Below, one piece after another: positions 36,583-45,537 of a stretch of DNA of 64,000 nt. Source of the stretch: an uncultured delta proteobacterium. Its GTDB lineage: Bacteria > Desulfobacterota > RBG-13-43-22. Below the pieces are notes generated by a model that saw only the letters and a list, made by a program, of their open reading frames with translations, was not told where the DNA came from and made no database searches. A program made the position numbers and the translations under genes. The stretch spans positions 416,001 through 480,000 of the forward strand of contig CAVQFQ010000004.1 of NCBI GenBank assembly GCA_963711835.1, written 5' to 3'. Position 1 is the stretch's first letter, and each line of letters starts with the position of its first letter.

Positions 36583-38897
36583 TCCTTCTCTTCTAAGACC
36601 TCTTTGACAAAGACAGCCACCAAATCCGGATCAAATTGTGATCCCGCGTGGCCTTCAAGCTCTGCTTTGGCTTCTTCGGGACTGAGGGCCTTGCGATAGG
36701 GCCGGTCGTTCATCATGACATCAAAGGCATCCAGGATAAAAACCATCCTGGCGACCAAGGGGATTTCCTCACCCTTTAAGCCTCTGGGGTATCCTCTCCC
36801 ATCCCACCGTTCATGGGCCGACCAGATCGCTTCGGCAACCGAGGCAATCTCCGGGGTGGCCCTGGCGATGCGGTATCCTGTTTCAGGGTGCTTCTTTATG
36901 ATCTTAAATTCTTGATCGGTCAGGGGGCCGTTTTTATTCAAAATATCATCCGGGATAACGACCTTCCCAATATCGTGGAGTTCCGTGGCCAGGACCACCT
37001 TCTTGGATTCCTCCTCGGACAACCCGACTTTTTCAGCAAACTTTTGGGCCAGGCTCTGCATACGCCCCATGTGTTCTTCGGTGCCGTGGTCCTTTTCAAC
37101 CATGGTGGCCTTGAGGACCGTTAGGATTGATTTTCGGACATCTTCCCGTTTGGGGATCTTTTCCCGAAGAAGCCGCCTGTCCGCTTCCTTGAAGGATTCG
37201 AGCAATGTTTTTGAGAAATCATCCCGGGCATCACCACCCATCGAAACACTGATCGGATGCTTTCCTTTCGGCAATCCATTATTATACGAAAGGAGGCTGT
37301 TTTTAAAACGCAGGACAGCGGCTTCTATCTTGGTTTGGTCGATATTCTTTAAAATTACGGCGAACTCGTCGCCGCCGATCCGGGCGATCACATCGGAAGG
37401 GCGAAAGCTCTTCTTCAGCAGGCCGGCCACCTCTTTTAATAGACGATCCCCTTCCGGGTGCCCGAAGGTATCATTGACGAATTTCAGGCCGTCGATATCG
37501 AGCAACAGGATGCCGACTTTCATCTCCCGCTCATTGGAAAGAAGCCTCATTTCTTCTTCGAAAAAGTTGCGGTTATAGAGACCGGTTAGAGGATCATGGG
37601 TGGCGGCCTGTTTGAGCTGCTCTTCCGCCTGTCGCCTTTCGGTGATATCCCGGAGTATGACCGTCAAGAATTTTTCATTTCCGGTCCGGTAGGAAGCCGC
37701 GGAGATTTCAATAGGGAATTCGGTTCCGTCCTTTTTAAGGCCCAGGGTCTGGATGGTAATCTCGGCTCCCGGTTCGGGATCTTCCATCAGCAGCCGATTA
37801 AATTCATTTTGATAATAATGGTGGTCGTCACTTTCCTTGATCAGGAGGGTAACCGATTCGCCGATCACTTCCTGGTCGGTATAGCCGAAAATGACCTCGC
37901 CAGCCGGGCTCCAGGTTAAAATGGTTCCTTGGCCGTCCAGGGTAAAGATGGCTTCACTGGCCGTCTCGATCAAGGACCGGAACCGTTCCTCGCTGTCGAG
38001 CAGGGCGCTTTCGAACCGTTTTCTTTCTTCGATTTCCTGCTGCATCAATTCGTTGGCGCGGGTTAATTGAGAGGTTCGCCCATCGACCTGGTTTTGATAC
38101 TGCTTGAGTTGTACCAGCATGGTATTAAAGGCCTGAGCCAAGTCAGAGATCTCATCATTGGACTTGATGGAGATATAACCGTCAAATTTCCGGTCGGCAA
38201 TTTCTTCAGCGGCCTTCTGTAAACGCTGGGCCGGAGAGGTTATCCTCTTGGTCAAAAAGAAGGTTAACCCCACCCCGACTAAAACCAGCAGAACGGTAAT
38301 CAAGGCGGTATTCAGGATAAAATGGGAGATCCGGGTATTGATCTTCTCCTGGCCCAGCCCTAAATAAACAAACCCAAGCAGTTGGGGTTGCTTTTTGGAA
38401 TTTCGCGGGTCGTCAATGGAGAATTCAGGCAGGATGACCCCCTCTGAACTTTTCCAGACCGGTGCCCGGACTTCGAAATATTCCTTGCCGTCGCTCTCAT
38501 TAATAAATTCGCCAAACGCGGTTTGCTCCGGTGGTGAGGCCCTGAATCGGCTACCTTCCTTTAATAAGGCCACACTGGGATTAAACAGGATTTCGGTCAG
38601 AATGGTATCTGCCGCGCTTTTAATACGGACATAGACAATGTCCGAGTTCAGGGCCAGCCCCTTAACAATCTGCGACAGGGAGGCCTTATTGCCCTGAAGG
38701 ATTCCCGGCTCACAGGTCTTGGCGGTCATCTCCGCCAGCACCAGGCCGTGATCCAAAAGCTCCTGGCGGACATTTTTCATCTCGGCCTTGACAACAAAAT
38801 AGGATAGACCGACGGCCGTCATCAAAATGGAGAAAATAGTCAGTAAATTGAATTTGGTGGCCAGGCTAAGCCGGATTTTTTTTCGGTTTTTTTTCAT
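36579..38897 (-). CDS. Membrane HAMP-PAS-GGDEF-HD-GYP c-di-GMP enzyme
   Basis: 2 TM segments, HAMP, PAS (DGTEFPIE), RPSD I-site plus GGDEF, LHDIGK and HERWDGRGYP. Confidence 0.92.
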   Translation of the reverse strand: MKKNRKKIRLSLATKFNLLTIFSILMTAVGLSYFVVKAEMKNVRQELLDHGLVLAEMTAKTCEPGILQGNKASLSQIVKGLALNSDIVYVRIKSAADTILTEILFNPSVALLKEGSRFRASPPEQTAFGEFINESDGKEYFEVRAPVWKSSEGVILPEFSIDDPRNSKKQPQLLGFVYLGLGQEKINTRISHFILNTALITVLLVLVGVGLTFFLTKRITSPAQRLQKAAEEIADRKFDGYISIKSNDEISDLAQAFNTMLVQLKQYQNQVDGRTSQLTRANELMQQEIEERKRFESALLDSEERFRSLIETASEAIFTLDGQGTILTWSPAGEVIFGYTDQEVIGESVTLLIKESDDHHYYQNEFNRLLMEDPEPGAEITIQTLGLKKDGTEFPIEISAASYRTGNEKFLTVILRDITERRQAEEQLKQAATHDPLTGLYNRNFFEEEMRLLSNEREMKVGILLLDIDGLKFVNDTFGHPEGDRLLKEVAGLLKKSFRPSDVIARIGGDEFAVILKNIDQTKIEAAVLRFKNSLLSYNNGLPKGKHPISVSMGGDARDDFSKTLLESFKEADRRLLREKIPKREDVRKSILTVLKATMVEKDHGTEEHMGRMQSLAQKFAEKVGLSEEESKKVVLATELHDIGKVVIPDDILNKNGPLTDQEFKIIKKHPETGYRIARATPEIASVAEAIWSAHERWDGRGYPRGLKGEEIPLVARMVFILDAFDVMMNDRPYRKALSPEEAKAELEGHAGSQFDPDLVAVFVKEVLEEKD

Positions 38898-38952
38898 GTC
38901 ACTTGAGAAACAACCCCTTCCGAAATACCCTCTGGCAGGGCGGTAATTTTTT

Positions 38953-39260
38953 GGTATCGTTCAAAAGTTGTGGCATTATATTTCTGATACCGGAGGGAAG
39001 GGGACCGGTGGTCTTGATTTCAAGGTTGTCCACCATAAACTCCTCACTTTGAAACCGGGCTGGAAGGGTGACGATAATGCCTTAAGCAGGCCTTCACCAA
39101 AGCTGTTTGTCCGGTTGGGTGAATGCCCGGCTCTAAACCAACCTTAGAAATCTGGGCCGGATTGGCGGGAAAGATCCCCCTTTGGACAAGCCTTGAAATC
39201 AAGACCACCGGTCCCCAGTCAGGCCATAATGCGCCAATGCCAAAACTTTTGAACGATACT
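38953..39260 (+). mobile_element. MITE-like element, end type A, diverged core
   Basis: TIRs GGTATCGTTCAAAAGTT / AACTTTTGAACGATACT; perfect 8-bp duplication AATTTTTT. Confidence 0.88.
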
Positions 39261-39305
39261 AATTTTTTAGAGAGCTCCAACACTATAAAACCCCCCAAAA
39301 TTATT

Positions 39306-39321
39306 TGCAAATTCTATTCCC
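39306..39321 (-). promoter_or_regulatory. Putative sigma54 promoter
   Basis: GGGAATAGAATTTGCA (GG-N10-GC with TTGC). Confidence 0.5.
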
Positions 39322-39457
39322 GGGATTTAGGTGCCTTGGGGCGGAAAAGCGATTTAAATAACCTATCAAAATAATTAATTAAAACGACTTAGAAGCCTGG
39401 ACTGAAAAATTGGAGGCGCCTTGACCGGCCCAACTATGGTCTAAAACTTCATTTTTT

Positions 39458-39502
39458 AGTTGTTTAGACAGCCTGTTTAGAAAATCTATCTCTAACTTTC
39501 AA
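39458..39502. repeat. 45-bp box, copy 2
   Basis: 37/45 identical to 36538-36582. Confidence 0.65.
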
Positions 39503-39518
39503 GGATAGAAAAAGATAT

Positions 39519-39909
39519 GGAATAGCCAAAGGTTCCGTGATTCTCAACCCGAAGGGGTAGCCTCTTAAAAAATTACATCACCACAAAGGGCTTCGGGGAT
39601 CTTGATTTCAAGGATCGTCTGCCAAAACGCCAGCAGTCTGACCCCGGCAAGTAGTTTATAAGTGGTTTTGAAACAGGCCAACACCAGAGCGATTTACCAT
39701 CTTGGATGAATTCCCGGATCCCAACCAACTTAGTCCGCCGCGGCGGACGGGCCGGGTTCTTCGCATCCAAAACAATGCTCAGTCCCACTCCTGCGGAGTG
39801 GATCCCAGTTTGGGGCTATGGATACCCTTTCGGACAATCTTGAAATCAAGACCCCCGAAGCCCTCGACGAATGGATGGCCTAAAAATCACCTGACCTTGG
39901 GACAAACTC
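39519..39909 (+). mobile_element. MITE-like element, end type B, with two internal insertions
   Basis: Colinear with 25942-26273; flanks AAAGATAT / AAAAATTT (6/8). Confidence 0.85.
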
Positions 39910-39938
39910 AAAAATTTCAAATAGCTTTAGGTTGGGTT

Positions 39939-40868
39939 TCAGGCGGCCCCACCTCTTAAACCGATTTTGGAGGTCTTTCTTTTTGCCGCCTCACAGATGG
40001 CTGAAATCACTTTCTTGGAAGAAGCCACCACAATCCCCCCCAGCAGGCGGGCCGCCTCCAGGCTGGCCAGACGGCGGATGGACTTGGTTTCCAATTTCAC
40101 CAAGGCCCCGCAATATTTTTTTGTAATGATCCCGGTGCGCAGGGTCAGATAGGCATTGGCTGTCCCGTCCAGGAGGGAATTGGTAACGATCGCAGCGGCC
40201 ACCTTGACGCCGGGAACCAGGCCGGCCAGAGACGTCCCGACCACATTAGTAATAATGGGCTCAATTTGTTCGCTGATATCCAGGTCCTCCAGTTCCAAGG
40301 CCAGAAAAGTAGCCGCCCCGACGTTAGCGTAAAGATGAAACATATCTCGGACAGCCGGTCGCTGGTTATAGATGTGGGCGACTTGCCAAACTAGACCTAA
40401 CTGGGCCGCCAAAACAGTAATGGCATCCAGCCGACCCGACTGGGAAACGGCAGTGCTGACGAAAACGGTCGCGGCGGCCTTCTTGGTTGTCTCATCCGCC
40501 TTTCGGTCCAAAATCCGGATGGCCTTTTCTATGTCCGCCCGCCTTGAAAAATCGGAGACCATCTCTTTTAAGTGACGATTAAACACAAGTCGCCGGCCAA
40601 GTGCGGTTAAAAAGGAAGTGAATTCGGGAGAGGGTTCACGGTCTGGAGGTATGAGGGGTTTGGGAAGTCTCAGGAATAAATACACCGGAATCAGAATCGC
40701 AACGGCGTAAAACAGGATCAGACTGTATAAGACGGCCTTTCCGAAGACTTCATGAACGGAATGGGCCAACTGAACTACCTGGTTGGTCTGGTTTATAACA
40801 AACAGAATGAAACCGAGAATAATGAAGGCTGCGGCCAGGGTAATGGCCTTACGAATAGGTCTGGTCAT
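39939..40868 (-). CDS. DUF697/YcjF-like membrane protein
   Basis: 2 TM segments, STAVSQSGRLD and GTANAYLTLRTG. Confidence 0.75.
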   Translation of the reverse strand: MTRPIRKAITLAAAFIILGFILFVINQTNQVVQLAHSVHEVFGKAVLYSLILFYAVAILIPVYLFLRLPKPLIPPDREPSPEFTSFLTALGRRLVFNRHLKEMVSDFSRRADIEKAIRILDRKADETTKKAAATVFVSTAVSQSGRLDAITVLAAQLGLVWQVAHIYNQRPAVRDMFHLYANVGAATFLALELEDLDISEQIEPIITNVVGTSLAGLVPGVKVAAAIVTNSLLDGTANAYLTLRTGIITKKYCGALVKLETKSIRRLASLEAARLLGGIVVASSKKVISAICEAAKRKTSKIGLRGGAA

Positions 40869-40911
40869 AGGCACCTCTCCTGCCACCCTACCCCAAGGGA
40901 ACCTATGGGCC

Positions 40912-41895
40912 TCATCCCCTGAGGACAAAAAGAATTAACGGGAGGGATTCTCCGGGAGAAGGCCTCGACGGGGACAGGGTCAGATAGGCTCTGCCGTTTG
41001 CTGCCAGTCCAAGCCCGGTCAAGGCAGTCTGGAGGTCATGGGCCAATCCTTCCCTTTCCGACGGCGCCGAGGTCTTGATTAGGTTGTTGAGGGTTTCTCG
41101 AATCGGCCTCAGGACCTCTTTTTGTGGCCAACTTTTTAACCTATCTTGAAAGGTTTTAAAGGGAATGGACCCGATCTCCGGCAAGGGGATCCATAAAGCC
41201 TGCTTGTCTTCAAAGTCCAACCCGAAAAACTCCGAACCGACCCATCGTTGGGTGCTCAGGAGACAGGAGGATTCGGGTCCAAGCTCGGTTTTCAATTTCC
41301 ACCAGGCCTTAAGAGCTGGGGTACAGACTATCTCGGTCTGCCGGCGTTCAACGAATCCCGATTCAAATTTTCCCCAATTCACCGCTTCCTCAAAACCCTC
41401 TTGCCATCCCTCGGACAAGGATTTTTCGCCGGCCTCAATTTTTTTCAGGGACTGAACGATTTCCCATTCCTGCAGCATCCAATCGTGGATCAGGCTGAGA
41501 AGAATATCCCCCTCCAGCCGGTTTTCAGGCTTTTCATTCTCGGCCGGAGGTCTCCCCCGGAGGAGGCTTAAAATTTCGTCCCGGCTTTCCAGGGGCACTG
41601 CCGGCCTGGCTTCTTTGAGCACCTCAAGAAAACTCCGGTCAGGGTTGCCGGCCAGAAAAGTCTGAATTTCCCTTAATCGTTTATCTTTTTCCCGGATCTC
41701 CTCCCGGGTTCTTTGAGGGGAAAGGATTTGAACCAAGCCCTGAACGATGAGGCCTTCATAAGGAACAGGAAGCCGCAAAGGGAAGGGATGAAGAAAGGTA
41801 ACCTGGTCAAACAATATCAAAGACCAGGCCAGGGGTTCCTCCTCGATCAGGGTGTAGGGGCAGATCAGAACTTTCTGGAGTAAAGGGCTTTTCAT
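40912..41895 (-). CDS. Hypothetical protein
   Basis: 327-aa ORF with ATG start and TTGACA upstream; family not recognised. Confidence 0.65.
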   Translation of the reverse strand: MKSPLLQKVLICPYTLIEEEPLAWSLILFDQVTFLHPFPLRLPVPYEGLIVQGLVQILSPQRTREEIREKDKRLREIQTFLAGNPDRSFLEVLKEARPAVPLESRDEILSLLRGRPPAENEKPENRLEGDILLSLIHDWMLQEWEIVQSLKKIEAGEKSLSEGWQEGFEEAVNWGKFESGFVERRQTEIVCTPALKAWWKLKTELGPESSCLLSTQRWVGSEFFGLDFEDKQALWIPLPEIGSIPFKTFQDRLKSWPQKEVLRPIRETLNNLIKTSAPSEREGLAHDLQTALTGLGLAANGRAYLTLSPSRPSPGESLPLILFVLRG

Positions 41896-42052
41896 TAAAA
41901 AAATCTATGAAAAATCAAGGTCTTTGTCAATAAAAACCTCGGGTTTTCCTTCAAATAATTTCCTTGTAAGCGGATAAAAGCCGGTGGTATATTTTTATCG
42001 AATGGTCTGTTTTGTCCTGTATTGTCTTGGGCAAAAAATATTTATTGAACCA

Positions 42053-42850
42053 ATGCCAAAAATAACAGCCAACGGAATCGAAATCTATTATGAAATTCAT
42101 GGCCGGGGAGATCCCCTGATCCTGATCATGGGGCTCAGGAGAAATGCCGAGTGGTGGTACGGCCAGCTCCCCGCCTTGTCAAAAAAGTTTCAGGTTCTGG
42201 TGTTTGACAACCGGGGAGCCGGCCGCTCGGACAAACCGGCCATGGATTATTCCATTCCCCTCTTTGCCGACGATACGGCGGCCCTGATGCAGGCCCTAGG
42301 TATCCACCAGGCCCATGTGCTGGGGATTTCCATGGGCGGCTACATCGCCCAGGAACTGGCCATCAACTACCCGGGGACGGTCAGGGGCCTGATCCTGGGC
42401 TGCACCGGTCCCGGCGGCAGCAGGGCGGTCCTGATGAGCCCGGAGCGGCTGGCCACTTTTATTGCCAATAAGGGGCTCACCCCGGAACAAATCCTGCGCA
42501 AGGATATGGATATTTTTTTTTCAGAAAGATTCATCCAAGAAAACCCGGAAAAGATCAAGGAGTTCGTTGAGATTTCTATGCGCTACTATCAGCCCCCCGA
42601 GGCCTTCCTGCGGCAATTTGCCGCCTGCCAGGCCCATGATACCGGAGACCTCCTCCACCGGATAACCCATCCCACCCTGATCCTATCCGGAGATGACGAT
42701 CCCCTGGTTCCCCCTGAAAATTCGCGTCTGCTGAAAGAACTCCTTCCCCAGGCGGAACTCTTTTTTTCCCCCGGCGGCCGCCATTGCTTTTTTATCGAGG
42801 CCGCCGAATCGTTTAATCATAAGGTGCTCGATTTCCTTAAAGCCCTTTAG
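42053..42850 (+). CDS. Alpha/beta hydrolase
   Basis: FDNRGAGRS and GISMGG nucleophile elbow; D and H triad candidates. Confidence 0.9.
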   Translation: MPKITANGIEIYYEIHGRGDPLILIMGLRRNAEWWYGQLPALSKKFQVLVFDNRGAGRSDKPAMDYSIPLFADDTAALMQALGIHQAHVLGISMGGYIAQELAINYPGTVRGLILGCTGPGGSRAVLMSPERLATFIANKGLTPEQILRKDMDIFFSERFIQENPEKIKEFVEISMRYYQPPEAFLRQFAACQAHDTGDLLHRITHPTLILSGDDDPLVPPENSRLLKELLPQAELFFSPGGRHCFFIEAAESFNHKVLDFLKAL

Positions 42851-42858
42851 GATAATCT

Positions 42859-43762
42859 ATGGCCCTGACAAAAAAAAAGGGGGGGGGGGTTTTTGATCCT
42901 CCTCGTGAGTCTTCTGATAACCGCCTCATCTCTAAAAGCGGATATTTTAGGCCCCTTAATTACCGAAACAGCCGATCCCATCGGCAAACATAACTTGGCC
43001 TTGCAGTTTTCGTCTTTTCTCTTCATCAAAGCCGGTGATTACGACGATCAGGGGGGGAAAAAGGTTCTTCCCGGTGGCGATCGCAATAATAAGCTAACTG
43101 CGGTTCTTAAACCCGTTTACGGTTTGCTGAACACGATGGATCTCTTCGCCGAGATCCCCTACCAAGTTAACTTCGCCCGTCAGGGGAGTGCCTCAGCCCA
43201 GGACGGAGGCCTGGCTGATATTTTTTTGGGGGCCAAATACCGCTTTTGGGAGGGGAAAGAGGATAGCTGGCAACCCTCTCTGACCGGAATTTTTAAGGCC
43301 AAGTTCCCCACCGGGGAATACGAACACCTCTCTCCGGATAAACTGGAGACCGATAAGACCGGGAATGGTTCTTATGAATATTACCTCTCGGCCATTGTTT
43401 CAAAAACTTGGGGGGACTGGTGTCTTCATTTTAATCTGGGTTATAACTGGACAACGGAAGTCTCTGTCGACGGGGTCCAAACTAAACACGGAAACATTTG
43501 GTTCTATAATTTGGCCGCCGAATGGTCGTTTGACAAAAATTGGGATTTGATCGCCGAACTGAATGGTTGGCAACAAGAAAAAACCAGGGAAAACGGCCAG
43601 CCGGTAGATTACACAGATGCCCGCACCCTGGCTTTCATCCTCGCTTTAGGTTGGAGAGTCCACGATAATACCTTCGCTCTGGCCGGGGTTTCTTTTCCCC
43701 TAAGTGGGAAGAATACTGAATTTGGCCTTACTCCCGGGCTTTTGCTTAATATTAATTTTTAA
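42859..43762 (+). CDS. MetA-pathway-type outer-membrane beta-barrel; signal peptide out of frame at a G11 tract
   Basis: GLADIFLGAKYRF, KFPTG, GNGSY and terminal Phe; the ATG at 42859 is in frame only with one base fewer in the homopolymer. Confidence 0.75.
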
Positions 43763-43766
43763 AGGA

Positions 43767-44423
43767 CTATTGACTGTCGGAATAAAGTACGGCCAGGATC
43801 AGGGCCGGTTCGGCCTCATGGCATTCCACCAGGTGGGGGAGAGTGGAATGATAATAAATGGAATCTCCCGGACAGAGAACATCCGTAAAATCGGAGAGGG
43901 TTACTTTGACCATTCCGTTCAGCACATAGATAAATTCCTCCCCTTCGTGCCGGGAAGGTTTCTTGGAACCCGAAGCCGGTTCGAGCGTGACCAGGAAAGG
44001 CTCCATGTGCCATTCCTTCATTTCAGGACACAGGGACTGGTAAGAATAGCCGTAAGACAGTCCGGCCTTGGAGGCAAACCGGGATAATAACTTCCCCTCC
44101 CCTTGGCGGACGATCGTGAAGGCCTTTTCCCCCGGGGCGGATATCAACGCCCCCATCTTCATCTCCAAAGCCTTGGCCAGTTTAATCAGCGTCCCGAGGG
44201 AGGGCGATATGACATGATTTTCAATCTGGGAAAGCATGGCCTGGGAAAAGCCCGTTCGTTCGGACAAAACCTGCAGGGAGAGGTTTTTATCATTTCTCAA
44301 CTGTTTGATGCGCTCTCCTACCGAAATCGCATCCGGGGCCTCCTGGCCCTTCTCTTCCCCGCTTAAGGTGTCCAACAAAACTTCGTGGGAGTCCCGTCCC
44401 TCTCCAAAAATATCCTGAGCCAT
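43767..44423 (-). CDS. XRE HTH + cupin regulator
   Basis: LSQIEN HTH; MEPFLV, HEGEEF and GDSIYY. Confidence 0.9.
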   Translation of the reverse strand: MAQDIFGEGRDSHEVLLDTLSGEEKGQEAPDAISVGERIKQLRNDKNLSLQVLSERTGFSQAMLSQIENHVISPSLGTLIKLAKALEMKMGALISAPGEKAFTIVRQGEGKLLSRFASKAGLSYGYSYQSLCPEMKEWHMEPFLVTLEPASGSKKPSRHEGEEFIYVLNGMVKVTLSDFTDVLCPGDSIYYHSTLPHLVECHEAEPALILAVLYSDSQ

Positions 44424-44542
44424 GAAACCTCCAAAAAAGATGGGTTCGAGTCCGCTATGGCGGAAAGGGTTCGAGGGTTAGGGCCAAAAAAGGCTTTTAC
44501 TTAATCTTGACCCGGCCCCTGGAATCCCGGGACCCTTCTTTT

Positions 44543-45238
44543 TCACTTTTCCTGCGTATACAGTACGGCCAGAATTTTGGCATTCCGGCTTCCCCAACAA
44601 CGCACCCGATGGGCCATAGTGGAATCATAATAGATGGAATCTTCCGATCCCAGAATTTCCCGGTTCTCCCCCAGGAGCACTTCAATCTGCCCCTCTAAAA
44701 CATAAATAAACTCTTCCCCGTCATGCGTGGAGGTGGGTTCCTCCTGGGTGGTCGGTTCCAGAGAGACCAAAAAGGGTTCCATATTCCGGTCTCTTTTTTC
44801 CGGTGCCAGAGATTCGTAGGAATATCCGTAGCGAAGCGTTTTTTGGGACCCGTAGCGAGAAACAATTTTACGGTTCTTTTTCCGAACTACCGTATAGGGC
44901 CTGGTTTCCCCCTGGACCAGCAGATAGCCCATCTTCATTTCCAGGGCCCGGGCCAGCTTGACCAGATCGCCCAGGGGAGGCAAAACCTGGCCGTTTTCAA
45001 TCTGGGATATCAGGGATTCCGGGAACCCGGTTCGTTGAGCCACATCCAGCAGAGAGAGCTGCTTCATTTCCCGAACCGCCTTTATCCGCGCCCCTACCGA
45101 CTGGGAAATCGGGACCTCCTCAACCATTCCCGAAGAACGACTGATGCCGTCCAAAAAATCCGCTTCTGCGGAAGGGGAAAAATCCTTCATATTTTCCAAG
45201 AGGTCGCCGTACCCCTTTTCTTCTTTGGGTTCTTCCAT
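44543..45238 (-). CDS. XRE HTH + cupin regulator
   Basis: ISQIEN, MEPFLV and HDGEEF; AGGAG RBS before 45238. Confidence 0.9.
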   Translation of the reverse strand: MEEPKEEKGYGDLLENMKDFSPSAEADFLDGISRSSGMVEEVPISQSVGARIKAVREMKQLSLLDVAQRTGFPESLISQIENGQVLPPLGDLVKLARALEMKMGYLLVQGETRPYTVVRKKNRKIVSRYGSQKTLRYGYSYESLAPEKRDRNMEPFLVSLEPTTQEEPTSTHDGEEFIYVLEGQIEVLLGENREILGSEDSIYYDSTMAHRVRCWGSRNAKILAVLYTQEK

Positions 45239-45537
45239 AAAAAGTCTCCTCTGGTACACCCTGAGTTGGACCGGACGACCAAGTCCCTTGATTGAAATAT
45301 ACCAAAGGAAAAATCAGGAAACAAGAACTTTATCCCGACCATAACCTCCTTCAGAACCCTGTTACGGGAAACTTTGACTTGACAAAAACCTTGAATTTAT
45401 TATTCTTAAGTCTATCTGGAGGCTGGTCAACCGCGGATCCAAGCCTTAATAACAGGCGCAAAATAATACAGATGGAAAAGACAGCATCAGTCGGTACAGG
45501 CCATTATGAGAAGGTTACCGGCAAGCATCGAGGGAAT

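Noticed and set aside
45292-45537. Long N-terminal extensions in the ORF track (also at 8797, 21805, 25350, 41984 and 53775)
   Set aside because: They run through promoters, repeats or tRNA; domain starts and RBS positions favour the later starts
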